DNA from: Clostridium sp.
Lineage (GTDB): Bacteria; Bacillota; Clostridia; TANB77; CAG-508
Direction of reading: 5' to 3'
NCBI GenBank assembly: GCA_052174015.1
Contig: JBQMXM010000003.1
Location: 8,536 to 72,535 of the forward strand
DNA: 64,000 bases
Part shown: positions 9,755 to 17,988 of the stretch, piece after piece
Numbering within the stretch: position 1 is the first letter of the stretch
Layout: each line of letters opens with the position of its first letter
Position numbers and translations under genes: made by a program
Notes under the pieces: generated by a model
Databases searched by the model: none
What the model was told of the DNA's origin: nothing
What the model saw: only the letters and a program-made list of their open reading frames with translations

Positions 9755-9792
9755 TCCATTACCTAATATTTAAAATAGGTAATGGATATTTT
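9755..9792 (+). terminator. Terminator after tRNA-Gly
   Basis: tccattacct / aggtaatgga 10-bp stem followed by tatttt. Confidence 0.55.
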
Positions 9793-9832
9793 AATAGTAT
9801 GAAAATTATGAATTTAAACTATAAGTTAAAAT

Positions 9833-9860
9833 AAAAAAAGATAACCATATGGTTATCTTT
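9833..9860 (-). terminator. Terminator of the minus-strand tRNA operon
   Basis: agataaccat/atggttatct palindrome. On the minus strand it is followed by a T-run. Confidence 0.65.
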
Positions 9861-9864
9861 CTCT

Positions 9865-9939
9865 TGGCTGGGCTGGTAAGATTCGAACTTACGCATGTCA
9901 GAGTCAAAGTCTGATGCCTTACCGCTTGGCTACAGCCCA
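9865..9939 (-). tRNA. trnQ: tRNA-Gln (anticodon TTG), CCA encoded
   Basis: The reverse complement is TGGGCTG TA GCCAAGCGGTAAGGC A TCAGA CTTTGAC TCTGA ... TTCGAAT ... CAGCCCA G CCA. It has the U1-A72 pair and the D-arm typical of tRNA-Gln. Confidence 0.9.
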
Positions 9940-9940
9940 A

Positions 9941-10018
9941 TGGTGTGGTAGGAGGGATTCGAACCCCCGATCTTCAGAGTCACAGACTGACGCGTTAACC
10001 AACTACGCTACTACCACC
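9941..10018 (-). tRNA. trnH: tRNA-His (anticodon GTG) with genome-encoded G-1; discriminator A73
   Basis: The reverse complement is G GTGGTAG TA GCGT AGTTGGTTA ACGC G TCAGT CTGTGAC TCTGA AGATC GGGGG TTCGAAT CCCTC CTACCAC A CCA. Confidence 0.85.
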
Positions 10019-10029
10019 ATGTAATAAAA

Positions 10030-10106
<77 letters not shown>

Positions 10107-10123
10107 ATTGTCATTACAAATCT

Positions 10124-10152
10124 ATTATATATTTTTATTTATTATTTGTCAA
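10124..10152 (-). promoter_or_regulatory. Consensus promoter of tRNA-Arg/His/Gln operon (TTGACA-17-TATAAT)
   Basis: The minus strand reads TTGACAaataataaataaaaataTATAAT, 17 nt upstream of the tRNA-Arg 5' end. Confidence 0.7.
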
Positions 10153-10207
10153 CAACTTTTTTAGTTTAAAATTAATTTTTGTGTATTTTATATTTTTTTA
10201 TGCTGTT

Positions 10208-10236
10208 TTTACTTGTAATATATTAGATTATATAAT
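10208..10236 (+). promoter_or_regulatory. Candidate promoter of the T4SS-like operon (TTTACT-17-TATAAT)
   Basis: tttact tgtaatatattagatta tataat lies about 40 nt upstream of ATG 10278. RBS AAAGGTG. Confidence 0.4.
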
Positions 10237-10277
10237 AATATATGTATATAGAAAATTAAAGGATTAAAGGTGATTTA

Positions 10278-10649
10278 ATGAGACAAATACTTAAGAAAAA
10301 GAACTTTATAAAATTAAATATATCAATACTATTAGTAGTATTAAGTTTAATAGCTATGAATATGAATGTATTAGGATTAAATTTAGATCAATATAAGCCA
10401 CAAGAAGGTACAGGTAATGACAAAATAAAGACATATGGCCAAACAATAATAGGATTGGTTCAATTTGTAGGAGCATTTATATTAATAGCTGCATTAATAT
10501 TTTTAGGAGTTGCTTATGTTTCTTCGCCTGAAGGACAAAAAGCTAAAATTAAAGATGATTCTATTAAATTTATAGTTGGAGCATTTTTCATATTAGGAGG
10601 ATTATCTATTGTAAGAATGGTAGTAAATATAACTACTGGTTTAACATAG
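10278..10649 (+). CDS. Small VirB2/TrbC-like hairpin membrane protein (signal peptide + two TM helices)
   Basis: 123 aa. It has a K-rich N-region and an h-region ISILLVVLSLIAMNMNVLG. Two TM helices follow (IIGLVQFVGAFILIAALIFLGVAYV and FIVGAFFILGGLSIVRMVV), separated by a short charged loop. The call rests on topology only. Confidence 0.45.
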   Translation: MRQILKKKNFIKLNISILLVVLSLIAMNMNVLGLNLDQYKPQEGTGNDKIKTYGQTIIGLVQFVGAFILIAALIFLGVAYVSSPEGQKAKIKDDSIKFIVGAFFILGGLSIVRMVVNITTGLT

Positions 10650-10704
10650 AAAATTAGTATTTTAATGTTTTGATTATTTTAATATGATAGATAAGTTTAA
10701 ATAT

Positions 10705-10734
10705 AATGTATGTATTATTTTTAATACATACATT
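10705..10734 (+). terminator. Intercistronic perfect 12-bp stem-loop (possible attenuator/processing site; no clear T-run)
   Basis: aatgtatgtatt-attttt-aatacatacatt, located between the two VirB2-like genes. Confidence 0.3.
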
Positions 10735-10823
10735 ATTGCACTATATGTGTTTTTAGAAAAATACTATGAATGTTACAATAGTTTTAAAAAATATTTTATT
10801 TGTATAAAAAAAGTAACAAAATG

Positions 10824-10852
10824 TTGAATAAAAAAAATATATAAAATATAAT
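10824..10852 (+). promoter_or_regulatory. Internal promoter (TTGAAT-17-TATAAT) ahead of the second VirB2-like gene
   Basis: ttgaat aaaaaaaatatataaaa tataat. Confidence 0.45.
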
Positions 10853-10907
10853 TAATTTGAGAAATATTATATGATATTATAATATGTAAAATAGGAAAGA
10901 GGTAAGC

Positions 10908-11405
10908 TTGAATAATATAATGAAAAGTAGAAGAATAAATAATATATTAAAGGTTATATTTATAAATATATGTTTACTTATATTTATGAATAGTTTTGTA
11001 TTTGCAACAGATAATACATCAAATTCAAGTGATACAGCACCAGATGGAGCAAATGCTAATCCATTTTCTATAGCAGAAGTTATTAAAGGTGTAAAGAATT
11101 TTACAGAAATGGGTAAAAAAACAAGTGCAGGAGTAAATGCAGATGAAGTTTCTACAAGTTTTGCAGAACAAATTAGACCTTTTGGAGAAATTTTAATTGC
11201 AATAGGTGGAGCTGTTTGTATAGGTGCAACAATGTTTATAGGTGGACAATATTTACTTGCAACAGGAAATCCATCAGATTTAGCTAAAGCAAAAGATAAA
11301 TTAATAGCTTTTGCAATTGCAAGTATGATATTTTTTGCAGCATACCCAATTTGGATATTAACAATAGATGTAATATCAGGAGCAACAAGTAAAATAATTA
11401 ATTAA
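10908..11405 (+). CDS. Second VirB2/TrbC-like hairpin membrane protein (TTG start)
   Basis: 165 aa. AGAGG lies 5 nt before TTG 10908. The signal peptide ends ...NSFVFA/TDNTS. Two TM helices (ILIAIGGAVCIGATMFIGGQYLL and LIAFAIASMIFFAAYPIWILTI) flank the loop TGNPSDLAKAKDK. Confidence 0.45.
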   Translation: MNNIMKSRRINNILKVIFINICLLIFMNSFVFATDNTSNSSDTAPDGANANPFSIAEVIKGVKNFTEMGKKTSAGVNADEVSTSFAEQIRPFGEILIAIGGAVCIGATMFIGGQYLLATGNPSDLAKAKDKLIAFAIASMIFFAAYPIWILTIDVISGATSKIIN

Positions 11406-11415
11406 GGAGCTTATT

Positions 11416-11751
11416 TTGGCAAAACACGAAATACCAAGAAAAAAGACAAATGAAACAAGAATATTTGTAATATTTTCAATAAGGTCACTAGCTTCAACAG
11501 TGATAGGAGCAGTAGTAGGATTTATAATAGGTGGATTAATTACAGCAATTATCCGTTTTAATATATCTGTTATTGTAGCAGGAGTATGTGCAGTTCTAGG
11601 ATTTTTAATTGGAACATTTCCATTATTCTATATTCCAGGATTTCCAAACACTAAATTAGTTGAAGGAGAGTATTTATATCAAGTTATATATAAGTATATT
11701 CAATATAGAAATAGAAGATCATTAATTACAAGAGATAGAAAGGAGGACTAA
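11416..11751 (+). CDS. PrgI/VirB3-like small membrane protein (TTG start)
   Basis: 111 aa. AAGGAG lies 6 nt before TTG. The N-terminus HEIPRKKTNETRIFVIFSIRSLAS is followed by two TM helices. The gene sits immediately upstream of the VirB4 region, as in Gram-positive T4SS loci. Confidence 0.45.
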   Translation: MAKHEIPRKKTNETRIFVIFSIRSLASTVIGAVVGFIIGGLITAIIRFNISVIVAGVCAVLGFLIGTFPLFYIPGFPNTKLVEGEYLYQVIYKYIQYRNRRSLITRDRKED

Positions 11752-13014
11752 ATGCAACAACTATTACTACTATTATTAATGGTATTTATAATTTTAGTCT
11801 TTATTGAAGTTGGATTAATCTTCCTTCTAAAGATGACTAAGAAAAAACATAATGAAGAAGATGATGATTTTATAGAAGACGGTACAATAATACCAGAAAA
11901 AACTAAAAATAGAATAGAAGATTATGGAAGATTTAATGGAGTATTAAAAAGAAGTGATATCTTTAATTTCTTAGGATTTGATAAAATAGAAAATAATATG
12001 ATTATAAGGAAAAATGGTGAACAATATGTAATGGTAATGGAATGTTCAGGAGTTAACTATTACTTAAGGTCACAAGCAGAAAAAGATAGTGTAGAATTAG
12101 GTTTTTTAGATTTCTTAAGTGCATTAAAATTTCCAATCCAATTATATATTCAAACAAGAAAATTAGATTTTACAGATATATTAAAAGAATATAATGAAAA
12201 AATAAATTTAATAGTAGAAGATATTAATAGAATTCAAAGAAAAATTCAAGAGGCGCGTGAAGAAGGAAAAAGCAGATATGAGATAGAAAAATTATTATAT
12301 CTTCAAAAAAATAAGCAAAACTTATTAGAATATGCAAAAGATTCAATTAGAAATACAGAATTAATTAATACAGATAAACACTCATTACAAAAGAAAAACT
12401 ATATTGTAGTTTCATACTATAAGAGTGAATTAGGTTCAAAAATAGAAGGCTTATCAGAAGAAGAAAAAGCAGATATTATATTTAATGAATTAAATACAAG
12501 ATGTTATACACTTGCAGCAGCATTAAGGTCAAGTAATGTAACTGCAACAGTATTAAATTCAGAAGGATTATTAGAACTATTATTTAATGCATTTAATAGA
12601 GAAGAAGTAGAAACTGTAGATTTAAAACAACATTTATTTGAAAATCAGTATACATTATATACAAAAACAGAAGATGTTATAGAAAGACAAAAGAAACAAA
12701 TATTAAAAGATATCTTAGAACAAGGAGATGACTTAGCATATCAAAGCTTTATAGAAGCTAAAAAACAAAAAGAACAAGAATTACTAGAATTAAAATTAAC
12801 AAAAAGCAAAAAAATAAAACAAAAAGCTCATGAAACAGTAGACGCAAATCGTCAAACACTTGATACAATGGGTAAAGATATGTATGAAAGAATGAATAAA
12901 ATAATAGATGATGCAGAAATAATAGATGATGCAGAAACAAAAAAATATAGAAAAGAAAAACAAAAACAAAAAGAAGAACAAGAAAAAATACGTAAAGAGA
13001 TAACAGAAATATAA
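11752..13014 (+). CDS. Membrane-anchored coiled-coil protein with a VirB4-N-terminal-like segment and no NTPase motifs
   Basis: 420 aa. ATG directly abuts the upstream stop. The TM is LLLLLLMVFIILVFIEVGLIFLL. The segment reads FNFLGFDKIENNMIIRKNGEQYVMVMECSGVNYYLRSQAEKDSVELGFLDFLSALKFPIQLYIQTRKLD. The C-terminal half is K/E-rich. There is no Walker A. Confidence 0.35.
   Translation: MQQLLLLLLMVFIILVFIEVGLIFLLKMTKKKHNEEDDDFIEDGTIIPEKTKNRIEDYGRFNGVLKRSDIFNFLGFDKIENNMIIRKNGEQYVMVMECSGVNYYLRSQAEKDSVELGFLDFLSALKFPIQLYIQTRKLDFTDILKEYNEKINLIVEDINRIQRKIQEAREEGKSRYEIEKLLYLQKNKQNLLEYAKDSIRNTELINTDKHSLQKKNYIVVSYYKSELGSKIEGLSEEEKADIIFNELNTRCYTLAAALRSSNVTATVLNSEGLLELLFNAFNREEVETVDLKQHLFENQYTLYTKTEDVIERQKKQILKDILEQGDDLAYQSFIEAKKQKEQELLELKLTKSKKIKQKAHETVDANRQTLDTMGKDMYERMNKIIDDAEIIDDAETKKYRKEKQKQKEEQEKIRKEITEI
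12901..12936 (+). repeat. Perfect 18-nt in-frame tandem duplication (ataatagatgatgcagaa x2 = IIDDAE IIDDAE)
   Basis: Read directly at 12901-12918 and 12919-12936. Confidence 0.95.
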
Positions 13015-13038
13015 ATATATTTTTAATAAGGAGAAATT

Positions 13039-15003
13039 GTGTTTGGTAAAAAAGAGAAAAAAATAACAGAAGAAGAAAAAAATCAAAGTATTATTGAAAG
13101 AAGAAATATAAGAGCTATTAAATCATTAATAGCTCCTTCAGGGATTGATGCGACACATACAAATCATTTAGAAATAATATCAAATAGAGTGAAATATGCA
13201 AGAACATTATTTGCATCTAATTTACCAAGAAGTGCAGTTTTTCCAGAATTATTAAGAGAAATGTATCTATTTCCTGATTCAAATATTTCTGTATTTATAG
13301 AGCCTGTACCAACAGGTAAATCTCAAACAGATCTGAATAAAGAGATAACAGAAATAACTTCTGAAATTTATGTAGCAAGAAAAAGAGGAGACAGAAACAG
13401 GGAAAGATTATTAGAAATTAAAGTTGCAGAACTTGAAGAAATGAGAGACCAAATTGAACTTGGTTATACAAGTATATATAATTCATCAATAATTACAACA
13501 TTATTTGCATATAGTATGGATGAACTAAATAATGCAACAGAAAAATTAGCTTCAGCTACAGGTAAAACATTGCTTACAGTAAAATCAGCATGGGCTAATC
13601 AAGACCAAGGATTTATTTCAAACATGCCATATAATGAAAATAAACTTACAGCATACCACAATTTTGACAAAGGTAGTATGGGAACAGTTTTTCCATTTTT
13701 TAATGCTGTAGCAGGACATAATACTGGAATACCGTTAGGAATAAATTTAGAAACAGGATTACCAATACTTTATGATAATTTTAGTCCAACATTATCAAAC
13801 TATAATATGGTTCTTTTTGGTAAATCAGGAGCAGGTAAAGGTGTTACTATTAAGATAATTACAGCTCGTTCATATGTGTTACAAGGTATAGAAACATTAG
13901 CACTAGATCCAGAAGGAGAATATAGAGATGTTGCAGAAGCATTAGGTGGAGTAAATATTACAATAAGTTCTACTTCTAAAACAATAATTAATATTTTTGA
14001 TATAGAACCTGAAATAGAGATAGATGACATAACTAGAAAAGAAATAAAAGTATTAAGAGTTGAAAATAAGGTTGAAGACGCAACACAAGCATTGCTTACA
14101 ATGGCAAAAGGTAGTACAAAAACAGAAGTTGATGAAGTTATGAAACAAATAATTTCTGAAGTTGTTGCAGCAGAATATAAAGCGTTAGGAATAAATGAAA
14201 ATGTAGAAAGCTTATATTTAAATGGATATGATACATTAAATATAGCTGAAAGTGAAGGAAGAATAAAAAAAGAAATGCCAACAATAGGAAGTTGGTATAA
14301 GAGACTTGAAAAAGTAGCTAAAAAACCAGAAAACAAACCATATGAAAAACAATTTATATATCTTTTAAAAGTTATGAAACAATATGTAAAAGAATTTAAA
14401 GGACAACTTTCATACTTTGATGGACAATCAACATTTAACTTAACAGACCATATACCTTTTATAAATTTTGATATTTCATTATTAGAAGAAAAATTTGCAA
14501 GACCACTTGCACAACAAATATTATTATCATGGGTATGGGAAAAATATGTTAAGAAAAACAGTGAAGATAAGACAAAAGCTAATAAAAAGAGAGTTATAAT
14601 TGATGAGGCATGGATGCTTTTAGGATATAAAGAAGCAGTAGACTTTTTAAATACAATGGCAAGACGTGCCAGAAAAAGAAATGTTTCACTTGCAGTAGTT
14701 TCGCAAAGATTTGCAGACTTTTATGGAAATCAATCAGTAGAAGCAATTCTTACATCTTCAGATACTAAAATATTCTTAGCACATAGTGCAGAAGAAGTTC
14801 AACAAATTAGAGAAACATTTAAATTAAGTGCAGGGGAAGCAGAGTTTTTATCAACATGTGAAGTTGGTAGAGGACTTTTAAAAATTCATGAAGATACAGC
14901 AACACTTGGAATAAATGTATCACAAAAAGAAAGAGACTTTGTAGATACTAACTTAAATACACAAGTTGCAAGAAGAATGAATGATACTCAAAGAGAAATA
15001 TAG
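13039..15003 (+). CDS. virB4: VirB4/TraE/TcpF-family T4SS ATPase (GTG start)
   Basis: 654 aa. AAGGAG precedes GTG. The N-domain reads LIAPSGIDATHTNHLEI...YARTLFASNLPRSAVFPELLREM...ISVFIEPV. Walker A is LFGKSGAGKGVT, followed by LDPEGEY. Walker B is RVIIDEAWMLL, followed by NVSLAVVSQR. Confidence 0.85.
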   Translation: MFGKKEKKITEEEKNQSIIERRNIRAIKSLIAPSGIDATHTNHLEIISNRVKYARTLFASNLPRSAVFPELLREMYLFPDSNISVFIEPVPTGKSQTDLNKEITEITSEIYVARKRGDRNRERLLEIKVAELEEMRDQIELGYTSIYNSSIITTLFAYSMDELNNATEKLASATGKTLLTVKSAWANQDQGFISNMPYNENKLTAYHNFDKGSMGTVFPFFNAVAGHNTGIPLGINLETGLPILYDNFSPTLSNYNMVLFGKSGAGKGVTIKIITARSYVLQGIETLALDPEGEYRDVAEALGGVNITISSTSKTIINIFDIEPEIEIDDITRKEIKVLRVENKVEDATQALLTMAKGSTKTEVDEVMKQIISEVVAAEYKALGINENVESLYLNGYDTLNIAESEGRIKKEMPTIGSWYKRLEKVAKKPENKPYEKQFIYLLKVMKQYVKEFKGQLSYFDGQSTFNLTDHIPFINFDISLLEEKFARPLAQQILLSWVWEKYVKKNSEDKTKANKKRVIIDEAWMLLGYKEAVDFLNTMARRARKRNVSLAVVSQRFADFYGNQSVEAILTSSDTKIFLAHSAEEVQQIRETFKLSAGEAEFLSTCEVGRGLLKIHEDTATLGINVSQKERDFVDTNLNTQVARRMNDTQREI

Positions 15004-15052
15004 TAATATATAATCAAACTAATATATAATTAAACTAAAAGGAAGGAAGCAT

Positions 15053-16510
15053 ATGAAAAATACTTTGGTGCATAGAACAAAAGAAAAAGCAAAAAAAACA
15101 AGTTTTTGTATAAATGCAATGATAGTATTTTTAATCATGCTTTTTCTTTTTCAATATAGTCAAGAAGGTAAGATACATTGCTATACATTACTAAAAAATA
15201 TGAATACAGTTAGTGAAACAAGATATGCAATAAATGGGCAAACAAATACTTTTTTCACAGCAAATAATAATAATTCACAAAATAGTGGTCATAACAATAC
15301 AACAAAAACAACTGGTATCCAATCACTTACAAAAGATCCAAATACTAATCCAATGTTAAATAAGAGTGAAGATAATTTTACAATAACTCCAGAAGATAAC
15401 AAAGAAATGGTTAAAAATGGGGATGCACCTTTTATGACAGGAGCTAAAGAGAGAAGAACAAGAGGTGGAAAATTACAATGGGTTGTATCTGTAGTGTTAT
15501 CAATTGTAGTAGTATTTTTTGGATATCCATTACTATTCTTATATGTATTATTAAATGCTTCATATCTTGCAAATCCTAATAAGCAATTAGAAAGTGCATA
15601 TAAGAAAGGGTATGAAAATAGGACAACAGATAAATCAACAGGAGTAACAAAGAAAATAAAAAATGAAATCATATTTAAAATGATGACATTAGATAAGATA
15701 TTCTTTGCAGACTTACCAATATTAGAAGTTAATATATTTAGAAAATTAAAAAACGGAGATAATAATGGAGCAAACGGACTTAGAAGTGGAGTTGCTACAT
15801 GGGCAGCAATTAGTAGAATAATTGCAGTTGCATTATCATTCATAAGTTTAATTTTAGGAGCAATAATGTTAATGATTAAATCTGCTCGTATTTCAGGAAA
15901 ACCAGCAACACTTGCAGATGTTAAAGATTTTTTAACAAATATGGTAATTGCAATACTTATAGCATTATTAATAAATTTTGCACTTGCAGCAATACTTTAT
16001 GCACATGATGCAATACTTGCAATACTTAGAGGATTGAGACTTAAGATACTTGAATCTGGTGTGCCAAATTTTGAATTTCAAATATTAGATACAATTATAG
16101 ATTTATCTAATGTTGGAGGAATGAAATATGTAATTACACTAATCACATTCTTTATATTAATATCACAACAATTCAAGTTTGTTGCTATATATATAACTAG
16201 ACTTTTATCAATAGCATTACTTACAGTTATAGCTCCTATAATATCAATAACATATGCATTAGATAAAATTGGAGATAAAAAGAGTCAAATATTAAATGCG
16301 TTTTTTAATGAATATATAAATTTAACAGCAGTAGGTCTAATATATCCAGTAATATATTTAACATATATTATTGCATTAGGAGCACTTACAGCTAATTCAC
16401 CATTACTTGGATTAATTTTAATACTATATATTCCAAGAGTAGAAAAAACAATTAAGACATTATTAGGACTTAGAGATTTAACAACTGTTAGATCTTCAGA
16501 CGGAGTATAA
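15053..16510 (+). CDS. Polytopic membrane protein, VirB6/TrbL-like (paralogue 1)
   Basis: 485 aa with multiple TM helices. It carries the shared motif LLTVIAPIISITYALDKIGDKKSQILNAFFNEYINL. An N-rich low-complexity segment lies near the N-terminus. Confidence 0.5.
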   Translation: MKNTLVHRTKEKAKKTSFCINAMIVFLIMLFLFQYSQEGKIHCYTLLKNMNTVSETRYAINGQTNTFFTANNNNSQNSGHNNTTKTTGIQSLTKDPNTNPMLNKSEDNFTITPEDNKEMVKNGDAPFMTGAKERRTRGGKLQWVVSVVLSIVVVFFGYPLLFLYVLLNASYLANPNKQLESAYKKGYENRTTDKSTGVTKKIKNEIIFKMMTLDKIFFADLPILEVNIFRKLKNGDNNGANGLRSGVATWAAISRIIAVALSFISLILGAIMLMIKSARISGKPATLADVKDFLTNMVIAILIALLINFALAAILYAHDAILAILRGLRLKILESGVPNFEFQILDTIIDLSNVGGMKYVITLITFFILISQQFKFVAIYITRLLSIALLTVIAPIISITYALDKIGDKKSQILNAFFNEYINLTAVGLIYPVIYLTYIIALGALTANSPLLGLILILYIPRVEKTIKTLLGLRDLTTVRSSDGV

Positions 16511-16538
16511 AATTAAAATAATATAGAAAGGAGAAATT

Positions 16539-17915
16539 ATGAATATACAAAATATGTATAATAATCAGAATAACAGAAATAGTAAAAATAAAGTGCCTAA
16601 AAAGCAAAAAATATATATAATATTTAGTATATTTGTAATTTTAATAATAGTTTTTGCAATAATACCTAAACTTTTTAAAAAAGCACCTGAAAAAGAAAAA
16701 GTAAAATATGGTTCAGGAAAAGAAAGCAGACAAGAAAAGATAAAGGATGAAATAGTAAAAGAAACACTTGTATATAAGGAGTTGAATCAAGTAAATGATA
16801 AAATTCAAAGATTAATCAACAATCCAAATATAAATCCAGAGTTAGTACTTGGACAAAAGACTGCTGATTTTATGGAAGAAGAATCATATTTATCAGGAAA
16901 AATTAGAATTAAAAGAAGTTTTGGAAAAATAGTATATATTGTAATAAATAGTAGTTTTGATGAAGAAATATTTAATGGTATCAAAATACAAGATGAACAA
17001 AAAGAAGTTTTAAGAAAATTAAAAGAAACAGAAAGAATTTTAAATTCAGAATTTCAAGATACATTAACAATAGAAAATAATTTAATGTATACTACAATAG
17101 ATACAGTAAATAAGATAGTTGTAATTATTCCAAAAGTTAGTAATTCAAATGAATTAAATATGAGACTTGGAAACTTTAATCAACAAACTAAAAAATATTT
17201 AGAAGATGGAGATATAAAACAATATATTTCAAAAGTTACAGATAATTTAAAAGAATATGCAATATTTGAATATAATTCAAGCTATATCAATTTAGTATAT
17301 CCAAGTTTAGGGATAGAAATATATACAACAGGAAATGTAAAAAATTTAGATGAAGGAATAAATATATATAATCAAGGTGAATTTAGTCCAAAATTAATAG
17401 AATCTTTAAAAGAAACAGAAAAAAATACTAATCAAATAATGCAAGTAGCTATTAGAAATGGTAATTTAATATCAAAATTTAGTAGGCATATAATAAATAA
17501 TTTAATAGCTATTAAAGATAATGGGATAAAGTTTAACTATAATGATTCGGAAAATGAAAAATCAGAAGAAAGACTTAAAACATTTATAGAAAATCAAAAT
17601 AGAGATTTTGATGTATCAGTAGGTTTAGCAAATCAAACATCTGTAGGTGAAAAATTAACAAAATGTGTAGTTTTTTTCAAAAATAGCAGAGAAAACTTAG
17701 AAATGTATAATTTAAATCCATCACAATCAGCAGATAGTATATATCTTACAAATAAATATATATATTATTCAATAGAAAATTCAGGAATATATAGAATAGA
17801 GCCATATACTAGAAGTTTAAAAAGAATAACAAATGGTGGAAAGAATTTAGATATATTAATGGTTAAAAACAATGAAATACATTTAAAAAATGGACAAATA
17901 ATATATGATAGATAA
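16539..17915 (+). CDS. Single-pass membrane protein with large extracytoplasmic domain (position compatible with a VirB8/TcpC-like component)
   Basis: 458 aa. AAAGGAG RBS. The TM is IYIIFSIFVILIIVFAIIP. I recognise no motif, so the role is inferred from context only. Confidence 0.3.
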   Translation: MNIQNMYNNQNNRNSKNKVPKKQKIYIIFSIFVILIIVFAIIPKLFKKAPEKEKVKYGSGKESRQEKIKDEIVKETLVYKELNQVNDKIQRLINNPNINPELVLGQKTADFMEEESYLSGKIRIKRSFGKIVYIVINSSFDEEIFNGIKIQDEQKEVLRKLKETERILNSEFQDTLTIENNLMYTTIDTVNKIVVIIPKVSNSNELNMRLGNFNQQTKKYLEDGDIKQYISKVTDNLKEYAIFEYNSSYINLVYPSLGIEIYTTGNVKNLDEGINIYNQGEFSPKLIESLKETEKNTNQIMQVAIRNGNLISKFSRHIINNLIAIKDNGIKFNYNDSENEKSEERLKTFIENQNRDFDVSVGLANQTSVGEKLTKCVVFFKNSRENLEMYNLNPSQSADSIYLTNKYIYYSIENSGIYRIEPYTRSLKRITNGGKNLDILMVKNNEIHLKNGQIIYDR

Positions 17916-17988
17916 TATATAATTATAATAAAATAAAATTAAACTAAACAAAAAATGAAACAGAGAATAAAAATAGAAAGGGATATAT

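Noticed and set aside
13800-14336. Long antisense ORFs in the six-frame track. Examples are 13800-14336(-), 15289-15843(-), 17883-18395(-), 20256-20672(-), 25565-26041(-), 26192-26641(-), 41653-42138(-), 42378-42863(-), 47622-48050(-) and 50522-51016(-).
   Set aside because: Each lies fully or mostly opposite a CDS with clear family motifs (VirB4, GatA/PgsA, TypA, SecE, L7/L12 and others). Their translations are the S/F/I/L-rich mirror image of K/E/N-rich coding sequence. None has a convincing RBS.
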